Assembly (NCBI GenBank): GCA_964549615.1
Contig: CAZJVP010000104.1
Coordinates: forward strand, 57,919 to 121,918
Source of the DNA: an uncultured Thermococci archaeon
GTDB taxonomy: Archaea > CAYQAE01 > CAYVLA01
Length of the DNA: 64,000 bases
Reading direction: 5' to 3'
Below, piece by piece: positions 54,702 to 64,000 of the stretch; the first letter of the stretch is position 1, and every line of letters starts with the position of its first letter. A program made the translations under genes and the position numbers. The notes beneath the pieces were generated by a model. It had not been told where the DNA came from, did not search any database, and worked only from the letters and a program-made list of their open reading frames with translations.

Positions 54702-55835
54702 ATGGCCCTGCGGGGCGGTTGCTTTCTTCTCGAGCTCGGCGCTGACGAGCAGACCTTGGAGAAGTTGGTGGCGCTGCAGTGTTGCGGGCTGCATGTGAGC
54801 GCGGCTGTCAGAAAGCAGAACAGCCTATGGGTGCGGCTTGATGTGGTGGCTTCGACGCAGAGGATCGCGGAGGCGGTTGGGCCCGGCGTGCCGGTGAGTA
54901 GGACCCCATCGGTCCCCGTGCTTGAGGCCCCGCCTGGGACCGACTGGTTCGTCCGGTCGGTGGGGAGCCCATACGTCTTTGAACGATCGCTACCGCAGGT
55001 CCTAAACTCGCTTAAGGAAGTCGCTGATGAGATCGGCGAGACGGACCTCGTGCAACTTCAGATGATCGAAGGCGACCCGGCGATACTGGACATGCGGGTC
55101 TCAACGCGGAGGGGGGAGAGGCTTGAGAGCAAGAGGGTCAGGATGTTGGAGCTTGCCGAGAGGCTAGGCATAAGCATGCTCGTTCAGCCTCTTACGATTT
55201 TCAGGAAGCCCAAGGGGTTGGCATGCTTCGATCTTGACAGTACCTTGGTGAGCGAGGAGCTGATAATTGAGGTCGCAAAGAAGGCGGGCAGGGAGGAGCA
55301 GGTCGAGCGCATCACGAAGATGGCGATGGCAGGGGAGTTGGACTACAAGCGGTCGTTCATCCAGAGGGTTGCGCTCTTGAGGGGCGTAGCCGAAAAGGAT
55401 ATGCTGGAAGTCTGGGAGTCAGTCAGGCCCTCGAAGGAGGTGATAAGGCTTCTCGACACGCTAAGGATGCGGGGCATCAGGACGGCCATACTCAGTGGTG
55501 CCTTCAGTTTCTTTACCGAGAGAGCGAGGGAAAGGCTGGGCGTGGATTTCTCGGTTGGCAATGATGTCGAAATCCTAGACGGCAGGCTAACGGGCAACGT
55601 GAAGGGCGAGATCGTTGACGGAAAGGTCAAGGTGAAGAAGATGCGTGAGCTGGCCGCCAGCTTGAACCTCACCTTGGATCAGGTCGTGGCGGTCGGCGAC
55701 GGGGCAAACGACCTTGACATCGTCACGGAGGCTGGGACTGGGATAGCCTTCAACAAGGGGGGTGTGGTGAAAGCGTACGCCGACGCGCTCGTGCCCAACG
55801 GCCGGCTAGGCGACATGCTGTTCCTGATAGGATGA
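54702..55835 (+). CDS. serB: phosphoserine phosphatase with N-terminal extension
   Basis: FDLDSTL, ITKMAMAGELDY, RVALL, LSGAF, VGDGANDL. Start placed from TATA (AATTATATA, about 54671-54679). Confidence 0.88.
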   Translation: MALRGGCFLLELGADEQTLEKLVALQCCGLHVSAAVRKQNSLWVRLDVVASTQRIAEAVGPGVPVSRTPSVPVLEAPPGTDWFVRSVGSPYVFERSLPQVLNSLKEVADEIGETDLVQLQMIEGDPAILDMRVSTRRGERLESKRVRMLELAERLGISMLVQPLTIFRKPKGLACFDLDSTLVSEELIIEVAKKAGREEQVERITKMAMAGELDYKRSFIQRVALLRGVAEKDMLEVWESVRPSKEVIRLLDTLRMRGIRTAILSGAFSFFTERARERLGVDFSVGNDVEILDGRLTGNVKGEIVDGKVKVKKMRELAASLNLTLDQVVAVGDGANDLDIVTEAGTGIAFNKGGVVKAYADALVPNGRLGDMLFLIG

Positions 55836-55854
55836 ATGTTCAGAGGATGGGGCT

Positions 55855-57108
55855 TTGAAGAGGCCTGCAGTCCTTCTCCACCTGACTAAGAAGAACTGGT
55901 ACAGCTTCGTGCCCCTGATCAACAGCCTGGATCAGTCCTCCGTTGAGGCGGAGCTCGTCCTGTCCGCAGACGTCCTGCAAGCGCTCAGGGAGGCGCGTCG
56001 GAAGTACGAACCGGTCATCTGCTGTATGTCCTTCTTCAGCACCCAGCTCGGCCAAGTCGCCCGGCTGGTCGAAAAGATCCGATCGGAGTTCGGCAACGAG
56101 GTTAGCCTGGTGGCGGGGGGACCGCACGCCTCGGCGCTACCGCGGGAGACCCTCAGGCTCGGCTTCGACGTGGTCGTGAAGGGAGAGGGGGAACTTGTCT
56201 TCCCGGAGGTTGTGAAGGATCTTTTGGCGCGTAAGCATGGGTCGCGCTGGACCGGGAAAGTGGTGGAAGGGGTTCCGTTGCCCAATCTGGACATGTTCCC
56301 CGCGGTGTCGCTCCAGCGTGGCCTGCATCCGCCCATCGAGATCACTAGAGGATGCCCCTTCAGGTGCAAGTTCTGCTCGGTTCCACACATCTTCGGCCCG
56401 GTCAGGCATAGATCGGTAGAGTCCGTGGTGCAGACTGCCAGCAGGTTGGTTAGGCTGGTGCGCCGGTGGGACTTCAGGTTCATCTCGCCCAATTCGCTCG
56501 GATACCAGTCCCGCTCCAAGGCTCCTAATGAAGAGGCTGTTGAGCGTCTGCTGACCTCCCTTCGCGCACTGGAGGGCGAAAAGAGGATCTACTTCGGCAC
56601 GTTTCCCAGCGAAGCCCGGCCAGACTTCGTCACGAAACGGATGGTGGAACTGATTGCCGACCTTGCGGACAACCGGAGCGTATGCATAGGCGCCCAGTCC
56701 GGGTCGGATGCGGTGCTCAGGAAGGTTGGGAGGGGGCACACGCTGGATGAGGTCTACAGCGCCGCAGGCCTTATCTTGGACGCTGGGCTGAGACCGATGA
56801 TAGACTTCATCCTCGGATTCCCGTGTGAGAGCGAGTCGGACCAGTTGAAGACCCTCGAGGTTATGCGCGATCTGGTCAGGATGGGCGGCAAGGTGAGGGT
56901 TCATCACTTCATGCCCCTTCCGGGGTCGGCCATGTCAGGGATGGCTGCCTCCCGGATAGCGCCTGAGGTGCTGGAGGAGATCGGGAGGATGGCGCTCCGC
57001 GGGTGGGCTTCGGGCGCCTTCGCGCAGCAGATGAGGTTCGCGCGAGAGAGTGCTTTAGCCCGCGGCAGCGCATCTATTTCAGTCACGAGGGGAGTTGGAG
57101 ATCGTTGA
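55855..57108 (+). CDS. B12-binding domain / radical SAM protein (TIGR04013-like)
   Basis: AGGPHAS, GEGE, EITRGCPFRCKFC, FGTFPSEARP, GAQSGSD. Confidence 0.88.
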   Translation: MKRPAVLLHLTKKNWYSFVPLINSLDQSSVEAELVLSADVLQALREARRKYEPVICCMSFFSTQLGQVARLVEKIRSEFGNEVSLVAGGPHASALPRETLRLGFDVVVKGEGELVFPEVVKDLLARKHGSRWTGKVVEGVPLPNLDMFPAVSLQRGLHPPIEITRGCPFRCKFCSVPHIFGPVRHRSVESVVQTASRLVRLVRRWDFRFISPNSLGYQSRSKAPNEEAVERLLTSLRALEGEKRIYFGTFPSEARPDFVTKRMVELIADLADNRSVCIGAQSGSDAVLRKVGRGHTLDEVYSAAGLILDAGLRPMIDFILGFPCESESDQLKTLEVMRDLVRMGGKVRVHHFMPLPGSAMSGMAASRIAPEVLEEIGRMALRGWASGAFAQQMRFARESALARGSASISVTRGVGDR

Positions 57109-59345
57109 GACTGGGAGCAAAGGACCTGAAGGGGCAGACCCGCCTTGGCGGGGCGGTGGAGGTAGATGCCGCCGCAGGAGGGAAAGTCGCCCAAGGGTCG
57201 GACATCGTGCAACTCGTTCTGGAGAGATCTGGATACCGCGACCTGAACCCGCTTCAGCGTCTTTCGGTCGAGAGAGGGGTTCTAGGGGATCGGAACATGG
57301 TCATCTGTTCCGCGACGGCGAGCGGAAAGACTGCGGTGGCCGAAATGGCGATGCTGAGGACCCTCATCGAGTCCGGAAAGAAGGCCGTCTACATAGTCCC
57401 CCTTCGAGCCTTGGCAACGGAGAAGTACGAGGAGTTCAAGAAGAAGTACGAACCACTCGGGTATCGGGTGAACATCCAGAGCGGGGATCGTGACCTGTCG
57501 AAGAGCCCGTTCTCACTGCGGTTCGACATCCTCGTGACGACCTCGGAGAGGTGCGACTCCATCCTTCGATCGAGGCCGATGTGGTTCGATGACGTGGGCA
57601 TCGTGGTCGTGGACGAGATCCACCTGTTGGACGCGGAAGATCGGGGCCCGACGCTGGAGATGGTCATAACCAAGTTCAGGAAGATGAACCCCAAGGTCAG
57701 GTTGTTGGCCCTCTCGGCAACGATAGGGAACCCGGACGAGATCGCGGAATGGCTCGAGGCCGTACAGGTCCTCTCGGAGTGGCGGCCGGTCAAGCTTAGC
57801 CAAGGGATCTACAGGAACAGGACGATAAGGTTCCTCGAGGACGATACTGAGAGGTTGGAGGAGGTTCGGGGCGAGATCGGCCAGGCAGCCGTTAGGCTCG
57901 CGTACGACACTGTAGTCCGGAACAAGCAGGCCTTGGTGTTCGCGAACTCAAGGCGTGGGGCTGAAAGGTTGGCCGAGGAAACGGCCGAGGTTCTGGGACC
58001 GTTGTTGGAGGAGGATGACCGGATCAAGCTGGCAGACCTCGCCGAGAAGATACTGTCAGCCGTCGGCTACCCGACCGAACAGTGCCGCAGGCTGGCTAGC
58101 GTAGTTCGCCGTGGGGCTGCCTTCCATCATGCCGGGGAGACGAGCGAACAAAAGAAGCTGATCGAGGACTCCTTCCGAGCTGGGCTCATAAAGGTCGTCT
58201 GCGCCACTCCAACGCTCATCTACGGCGTGAACCTGCCCGCCATGAGGGTCATCATCCGGGATCTGAGGAGGTTCTCGGGTTTCCACTCCGAGTACATACC
58301 CGTTCTTGAGTACCGCCAGATGTGCGGACGCGCTGGAAGGCCGCAGTATGACGATCACGGGGAGGCGATCTCGATAGCCAGATCGGAGGCTGAGGAGAAG
58401 GTCATCTTGGAGAGGTACATCCGAGGCGAGATCGAAGACATACGGTCCAAGATCGCGCTCGAGCCAGTCCTGCGCATGCACATCCTCGGCCTAATAGCAT
58501 CTGGTTTCGTGCGGAGGTGGGATGAGATAGTCGGGGTCATGCGGTCCACCTTCTACGGCCACCAGTTCGGGGCGGGAGAGGAGCTTGAGGCAAAGATAGA
58601 GACGGTGATCCGCGACTTGGTGGACTACGGATTCGTCGTCGCAAAGGACGGGATTCACGAGGCGACCCCCGTCGGCAGGCGCGTCTCCGAGCTGTACATC
58701 GATCCGGACACAGGGCACAGGCTATGCCTGGCGATGGCCGAGCGCAAGAAGAGGAAGAAGCGCGTCGGCACGCTTCCGCTCCTTGTCATGATCTGCTACA
58801 CCGTGGAGATGAGGCCTCTTCTGGGGCTCGGCGGCAACTGGGGGGAGATCGAGGAGAGGGTGAAGGACCTTGAGAAGGACAACATCGTGCCCGTCCCAGT
58901 TGAGTGGGGCTACGAGTACGAAGAGTACCTGAGGGCTGTGAGGACCGCGCTGATGTTTGAACGCTGGATCAACGAAGCCGGCGAGGACGCCATAATGGAC
59001 GAGTTCGGCGTTCCCCCGGGAGGATTGCGGGCCAAGCTCGAGACGGCTGACTGGCTGCTCTACGCTGCAAGCGAGATATCGAGGCTCTTGCGAGCAGGGG
59101 GAAGGCCGGAGCTGGAGAGGTTGCGGCTCAGGATGAGGTACGGGGTTAAGGAGGACGTCCTGCCGTTGGTGGCCATACCACAGGTGGGGAGGGTGAGGGG
59201 AAGACAGCTCATAAGGGCCGGGTACAGGGGGTTGGATGATCTGAGGAAGGCGTCGTTGGCCGACCTGAGTGCGGTACCCAAGATCGGCCCGGTCCTGGCG
59301 CTGCACATCAAGAACTGGGTGGAACGGCAATATCCGAGCGATTGA
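57105..59345 (+). CDS. hel308: Ski2-like DNA helicase Hel308/Hjm
   Basis: TASGKT, PLRALA, DEIH, LSAT, HHAG, TPTLIYGVNLPA, GRAGRPQYD, YGVKED...GRVRGR; start uncertain. Confidence 0.93.
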   Translation: MRLGAKDLKGQTRLGGAVEVDAAAGGKVAQGSDIVQLVLERSGYRDLNPLQRLSVERGVLGDRNMVICSATASGKTAVAEMAMLRTLIESGKKAVYIVPLRALATEKYEEFKKKYEPLGYRVNIQSGDRDLSKSPFSLRFDILVTTSERCDSILRSRPMWFDDVGIVVVDEIHLLDAEDRGPTLEMVITKFRKMNPKVRLLALSATIGNPDEIAEWLEAVQVLSEWRPVKLSQGIYRNRTIRFLEDDTERLEEVRGEIGQAAVRLAYDTVVRNKQALVFANSRRGAERLAEETAEVLGPLLEEDDRIKLADLAEKILSAVGYPTEQCRRLASVVRRGAAFHHAGETSEQKKLIEDSFRAGLIKVVCATPTLIYGVNLPAMRVIIRDLRRFSGFHSEYIPVLEYRQMCGRAGRPQYDDHGEAISIARSEAEEKVILERYIRGEIEDIRSKIALEPVLRMHILGLIASGFVRRWDEIVGVMRSTFYGHQFGAGEELEAKIETVIRDLVDYGFVVAKDGIHEATPVGRRVSELYIDPDTGHRLCLAMAERKKRKKRVGTLPLLVMICYTVEMRPLLGLGGNWGEIEERVKDLEKDNIVPVPVEWGYEYEEYLRAVRTALMFERWINEAGEDAIMDEFGVPPGGLRAKLETADWLLYAASEISRLLRAGGRPELERLRLRMRYGVKEDVLPLVAIPQVGRVRGRQLIRAGYRGLDDLRKASLADLSAVPKIGPVLALHIKNWVERQYPSD

Positions 59346-59450
59346 TGGCTCCGAGGAGCGCGGGGTAAGATTTCGGCTCGCGGCCCGGCATTGGAGGCGT
59401 CTCTTGTTGGGCGCCGTGCCAACGGGAAGGGAGGATCGGGCGCCGGCGAG

Positions 59451-59466
59451 GAAGATTTATATATAA
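59451..59466 (+). promoter_or_regulatory. strong TATA promoter of the thermosome gene
   Basis: GAAGATTTATATATAA about 65 bp upstream of the ATG. Confidence 0.65.
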
Positions 59467-59528
59467 CCAATAAGCTAGCTGATGTTCGCTATTGATCTGG
59501 GCTTGAACCCGTTTGAAGGTGACATTCC

Positions 59529-61220
59529 ATGGCGACACAGCTGGCAGGCACGCCCGTACTTATACTGAAGGAAGGGGCTGAGAGAAGGAGAGGAAGAGAT
59601 GCCCAGGCCAATAACATTCTGGCCGGAAAGGTCATCGCAGAGGCGGTGAAGTCGACTCTCGGACCGAGGGGCATGGACAAGATGTTGGTGGACACCCTGG
59701 GCGACGTGGTGATCACCAACGACGGGGCAACGATCCTGAGCGAGATGGACGTCGAGCACCCCGCGGCCAAGATGATGGTCGAAGTGGCGAAGGCCCAGGA
59801 CGAGGAGGTCGGTGACGGAACGACCACGGCCGTTGTGCTGGCCGGGGAACTCCTCAAGAAGGCGGAGGAGCTGATCGAGCAGAAAATCCACCCGACGGTC
59901 ATCATACAGGGCTTCAGAAGGGCGGAGGAGAAAGCCCTGCAGATCCTAGACGATCTTGCGGTGAAGGTCAACCCGGACGACGAGGAGATGATGAAGAAGG
60001 TTGCCATGACGTCCATGACCGGGAAGGCCGCCGAGAGCGCCCTTTCTGTCCTCGCAGATCTAGCCGTAAAGTCGGTGAGGCAGGTCGTGTCGAAGAAGAA
60101 GCCGAGGAAGGGGGAGGCGGAACCGGGCTACGACTTCGACATCGACTATGTCAAGATCGAGAAGAAGCAGGGCGGAACCATTGCGGATTCCCAGCTGATT
60201 CGCGGGATCCTGGTGGACAAGGAGAGGGTTCACCCAGGCATGCCCAAGAGGGTGAAGGACGCCAAGATCGCGCTCCTCAGCTGCGCGCTTGAGGTGAAGG
60301 ACACCGAGACGGACGCCAAGATCAACATCGAAGATCCGTCCATGCTCGAGAGCTTCCTGGCCCAGGAGGAAGACATGCTCAAGGAGATGGTGGACAAGAT
60401 CGTGGCGAGCGGCGCGAACGTCGTGTTGTGCCAGAAGGGAATCGATGACATCGCCCAGCACTACCTGGCAAAGGCGGGAATCCTTGCTGCCAGGAGGGTG
60501 AAGAAGAGCGATGTGGAGAACCTGTCCCGCGCTACTGGCGCAACCATCGTTACCAACGTGCAGGAGCTTTCAGCCGCTGACCTGGGCTATGCAGGCTTGG
60601 TTGAGGAGAGGAAGATAGCAGGCGACGACATGATCTTCGTCGAGGACTGCAAGGATCCCAAGGCAGTCACGATCCTCGTCAGGGGAGGCACCGAGCACGT
60701 CGTCGATGAGACCGAGAGGGCGCTACACGACGCCGTATGCGTCGTCGGAGACATCGCAAGGGATCCAAGGATCGTGTATGGTGGAGGCGCCACGGAGATC
60801 GCGATTGCCAACCAGCTGTCCGAGTTCGGAAAATCGGTCGGGGGCCGGGAGGGACTTGCGGTTCAGGCGTATGCCGAAGCCGTCAAGGAGATCCCGAGGG
60901 CCTTGGCCGAAAACGCGGGAATGGACCCGATAGATGCTTTGCAGGATCTCGTCGCGAAGTCGAAGGAGAAGGGCCCGTCCACCGGCCTGGATGTGATAAA
61001 CAAGAGGGTCGCGGATATGGCCGAGCTGAACGTCGTCGAGCCTCTCGCGGTGAAGATGCAGGCAATCAAGTCGGCCACGGAGGCAGTCGCGGTTCTTCTG
61101 AGGATAGACGACGTGATTTCCGCCAAGGGAGAGGCTGCCGGCGGTGGCGGTAAGAAGCCCAGCGAGGAGGGCGAAGAGGAAGAGGAGAAGGAGACCGACA
61201 CTGACACCGACTTCGATTAG
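59529..61220 (+). CDS. ths: thermosome subunit (group II chaperonin) with acidic C-terminal tail
   Basis: [42 protein letters not shown]. Confidence 0.97.
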   Translation: MATQLAGTPVLILKEGAERRRGRDAQANNILAGKVIAEAVKSTLGPRGMDKMLVDTLGDVVITNDGATILSEMDVEHPAAKMMVEVAKAQDEEVGDGTTTAVVLAGELLKKAEELIEQKIHPTVIIQGFRRAEEKALQILDDLAVKVNPDDEEMMKKVAMTSMTGKAAESALSVLADLAVKSVRQVVSKKKPRKGEAEPGYDFDIDYVKIEKKQGGTIADSQLIRGILVDKERVHPGMPKRVKDAKIALLSCALEVKDTETDAKINIEDPSMLESFLAQEEDMLKEMVDKIVASGANVVLCQKGIDDIAQHYLAKAGILAARRVKKSDVENLSRATGATIVTNVQELSAADLGYAGLVEERKIAGDDMIFVEDCKDPKAVTILVRGGTEHVVDETERALHDAVCVVGDIARDPRIVYGGGATEIAIANQLSEFGKSVGGREGLAVQAYAEAVKEIPRALAENAGMDPIDALQDLVAKSKEKGPSTGLDVINKRVADMAELNVVEPLAVKMQAIKSATEAVAVLLRIDDVISAKGEAAGGGGKKPSEEGEEEEEKETDTDTDFD

Positions 61221-61292
61221 TGCGGTCGGCCCCTCGCTATTTTTGGCGCGCGGCCCGTCTTGCCACCCCCTTGGCGGCGGGCCCGGGCCATT

Positions 61293-61841
61293 CTACATCA
61301 TGCCCAAGTCACCGAGCTTCTCGATGAGCCCGTTGAGTATCTCCTCGGCATCCGACGCCTGTTTCATGCCGGCAAGGACCAGTTTGCCAGTTCCGAAGAC
61401 AAGTACCGAGATATTGGACCCGTATGGCTTGTAGACGAGACCCGGGAATTGCTCGGGTTCGTACTCGACGTTCTCCACGTTGAGCGCGAGTTCATCGAGG
61501 TTGAGGGTCACGCCTAGGTCCACCGTTGCGACGACGTTGGTCACGACGACCTGGGGCCGGGCCTTAATCTTGATGCCCAGGGAATTCAGGCGCCTTGTCA
61601 GCTCCCTCACCCCCATCTCGGCCATCTTGACGCTCTTGGCGCCTGTGCAGTTGATCTTACCGTTTCTGAAGACTAGAAAGGAAACTTTGGGCTCCTTTAG
61701 CTTCACTATGAGGGCGGGAAAACTGTCGGGATCGTACTCGGCTTCCTCAAGCAGGGATGCAAGCTCCACCAGGTCCAGGTCCGTCTTGAGGTCCACGGAC
61801 GCAACTATGTTCTGGACCTCGATCTTCGGAGGATTCTTCAT
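61293..61841 (-). CDS. tbp: TATA-box-binding protein
   Basis: Two repeats: NIVASVD...YDPDSFPAL...LVFRNGKINCTG and NVVATVD...YEPEQFPGLVY...LVFGTGKLVLAG. Confidence 0.96.
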   Translation of the reverse strand: MKNPPKIEVQNIVASVDLKTDLDLVELASLLEEAEYDPDSFPALIVKLKEPKVSFLVFRNGKINCTGAKSVKMAEMGVRELTRRLNSLGIKIKARPQVVVTNVVATVDLGVTLNLDELALNVENVEYEPEQFPGLVYKPYGSNISVLVFGTGKLVLAGMKQASDAEEILNGLIEKLGDLGMM

Positions 61842-62050
61842 TGGCGTGATTTAAAAAGGCCCCCGGAAGCCTTAAAAAGATTTCGGAGGCGAAGGCCGGT
61901 TTCGGACGGTTGGGGATGCACGAGCTGACCAGCCGGGGTTCACCGATGAGTCCAGGCGGGTCACGCGCCGTCTGCCGAGCTCCACCCTTCTCGTTGTCTG
62001 CATGGCTCTCGTCGACCTCCTTGTCTCACTGGCGGGGTTCTCGACTCACG

Positions 62051-62350
62051 CTACTTCCTGACAATCATGTAGGCTACGATCACTATCCAGGCGGCAAACA
62101 TGACTGTCCAGGAGGCGTACATCATGATTGTGGGCACTCTTCCAGCTATAAGGCCGATGATTAGTGTGCCGATGAGCAACGAGACTACCAGCAATGTCCT
62201 TGTGATAATGAGATGCTTCACAGCGAATCTCCGCTGCTCTCTGGTGATCCGTTCCATCTTGTTGATCCGCTTGGCAAGGACCTTGTCTTCGTTGGTAGGC
62301 ACATCATGGCCCCGTTGGCTAGCAACCCAACCTGTCCAGTCCTTCGGCAC
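62051..62350 (-). CDS. small 2-TM hypothetical protein
   Basis: Charged N-terminus followed by two hydrophobic helices; start uncertain. Confidence 0.55.
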   Translation of the reverse strand: MPKDWTGWVASQRGHDVPTNEDKVLAKRINKMERITREQRRFAVKHLIITRTLLVVSLLIGTLIIGLIAGRVPTIMMYASWTVMFAAWIVIVAYMIVRK

Positions 62351-62502
62351 TTGCTAATGGGTTGTTTGGACGGCCTAATATGCCCTACGGTCAGAGGTCA
62401 GAGGGATTGGGGATTGGCAGTGGTTACCAATGTAGATTAGGGCACCGCTCCTGCGTGCTGAGGATTGAGCCCCAGGCGCGCTGCCCTGGGCTCCGGAGGA
62501 TG

Positions 62503-63999
62503 TCATCCGTGGGGTTTGATGGTTATCTGGCTGAGCCCCATCATCTCAGGATCGCCGGCCATGATCTTCTCCAAGACCGGGGGCGCCTCGCGAATCGGCA
62601 GCCTGAGCGCCTTGAATCTCCAGGGTTCAAGCCTTGAGTAGCTCATTGAGATGAGTGCCATGTCCATGTAGGTGGTGAGCTCGTCGAATGGCACCATCGG
62701 GCAGTCGTATATGGTGACCTTCTTTCCCTCTATCAACCTGTGCAGCCCCCCTTGGTCTTCAACGGAGTAGGCCACATCAACTAGGATTGCATACACGTCC
62801 ATGACCCTGTAGGCGACCTCCATTGACCGTCTTGTCCCGATGGCGTTGAAGATCATGCGGATCCGCCTTCCGGCAAGTTCCAGCACCTTCGAGACCGCCT
62901 CGCTCGTCGAATGCGCAAGAACGGGGTAGATCCTCTTTCCCAGCAGTTCCGGTGCATCGGGGAGCCCGTTGAGCCGTTGGAGCTTCTCCTCGCTGTAGTC
63001 GACCACGATGAGCCTATCCGAGTATCCCTCAATCAGCCTCTGCAGTATGTTGAGTGCTACCAAGCTTGTGCCGAGCACCAGGATTGGCTTTCTCAGCTGG
63101 TAGTCCATGATGCCCTTTTTTGTGAAAATGGTGCTCTTCGTTATGGCGTGTTCGGCTATGGCAAGGGCCTCCGCGAGGCAGGCTGCGTCGGGCCGGGAAT
63201 CCAAGTTGATCCTCCCGCACGGGATGCGGAGCACGTTTTCATCCGGGAGCTTGATGAACTGGGCATGGGACCCGTCCACGTCGACGCCGAGCTTAGAGGG
63301 CTCGCTGCACGCGCCGCTTTCCATGCAGTTCGGGCATTTGCCGCACCGCAGTATTGGCACGCCGACGACCATATCCCCGACCGCCACACCCTTTGCGTCC
63401 CTGCCGACGGCCACTACCGTTCCAGCGAACTTGTCGCCCGGAACGAGGCCGTCGCGCCCTTTCATCCCAACCAATTCCTCCACGTCGGTGGCGGAGGAGA
63501 GGATCCTTATGAGAACCTCCCTGAGTCCGAGATCCTTGGTCAACTTCCTCTTCTCGGGCCTCAGCTTCCCGTCCCTGAAGGCCAGAACGATCTGCTCGTC
63601 CGGTATTGGGTACTTCTCCAGGATCGATTCGGCTTCGATCCGTTCCGGCGGCACGACCTTGGGCCTGGGGAGCAGGACGGATTTGACCTCCATGATGGTG
63701 TGCTCCAGGATCTGTTGCTTCTGGATCTCGCCGATCGCCTTGTTGAGGAGCCTGGCTATGCACGGGTCGTCCTCCCAGGTCCTCAAATGGACGTCGATCG
63801 TGTGGGGCAGCGGCATCGTTGTGACCTTCTGTATCGTGTGATCGTGGATGTGGATGGTCGTGCTTTCGTCCAGCATCAACCTGAGCTTCATCGTTCCGAG
63901 CAGGACGTTTCTCTCCTCAAGTTTCCTGTTGAGGCTCTCTTCGACGCGGTCGCTTTCCTTTGCTGCCCTCAGGTCTGCGATCGCCTGGGAGACCGCCTG
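62503..63999 (-). CDS. large protein (5' end beyond window) ending in a degenerate zinc-dependent medium-chain dehydrogenase (MDR) domain
   Basis: FAGTVVAVGRD...VGDMV...CGKCPNC...C...GSHAQF, CLAEAL; frame stays open to the window edge. Confidence 0.75.
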   Translation of the reverse strand, partial: QAVSQAIADLRAAKESDRVEESLNRKLEERNVLLGTMKLRLMLDESTTIHIHDHTIQKVTTMPLPHTIDVHLRTWEDDPCIARLLNKAIGEIQKQQILEHTIMEVKSVLLPRPKVVPPERIEAESILEKYPIPDEQIVLAFRDGKLRPEKRKLTKDLGLREVLIRILSSATDVEELVGMKGRDGLVPGDKFAGTVVAVGRDAKGVAVGDMVVGVPILRCGKCPNCMESGACSEPSKLGVDVDGSHAQFIKLPDENVLRIPCGRINLDSRPDAACLAEALAIAEHAITKSTIFTKKGIMDYQLRKPILVLGTSLVALNILQRLIEGYSDRLIVVDYSEEKLQRLNGLPDAPELLGKRIYPVLAHSTSEAVSKVLELAGRRIRMIFNAIGTRRSMEVAYRVMDVYAILVDVAYSVEDQGGLHRLIEGKKVTIYDCPMVPFDELTTYMDMALISMSYSRLEPWRFKALRLPIREAPPVLEKIMAGDPEMMGLSQITIKPHG

Positions 64000-64000
64000 C

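Noticed and set aside
61160-61220. Low-complexity GAG/GAC repeats at the end of the thermosome gene
   Set aside because: They encode an acidic C-terminal tail, a known feature of some thermosome subunits.
62389-62417. Short doublets GGTCAGA x2 and GGGATTG x2
   Set aside because: Too short and too few copies to distinguish from chance.
1-64000. CRISPR arrays, cas genes, tRNAs, prophage or defence islands
   Set aside because: I saw no regularly spaced repeats, cloverleafs, integrase or viral hallmark genes; short or split tRNAs could have been missed by eye.

Overview
Archaeal chromosomal segment, GC-rich and gene-dense. Archaeal origin is supported by TBP, a thermosome, Hel308, an archaeal ThrRS editing domain, an AN1 Zn finger and BRE/TATA promoters. 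I cannot assign the lineage more finely. It carries purF-purD, a 4-subunit 2-oxoacid:ferredoxin oxidoreductase (por) operon, a contiguous Ehb-type energy-converting [NiFe]-hydrogenase operon (ehbA-P), a ZnuABC-type transporter, many catabolic-looking hydrolases and epimerases, a frameshifted IS91-like element, and a stand-alone 5S rRNA gene that the ORF track does not show. The most striking observation is in that 5S gene. It has a 26-nt insertion in loop C framed by a canonical bulge-helix-bulge (BHB) splicing motif, and removing it at the predicted cut sites restores the 13-nt loop C exactly. The whole 5S sequence also sits inside a second canonical BHB. Together these suggest an intron-containing 5S rRNA matured by nested splicing-endonuclease cuts. 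Other notable items are two paralogous proteins built of four ~40-aa repeats I do not recognise, a candidate C/D-box guide RNA, a CysRS lacking its anticodon-binding domain, a probable frameshift at the start of the hydrogenase large subunit, and a Thr-type sulfatase-fold gene split by one in-frame TAG. All calls rest on motif recognition by eye; no searches were run.
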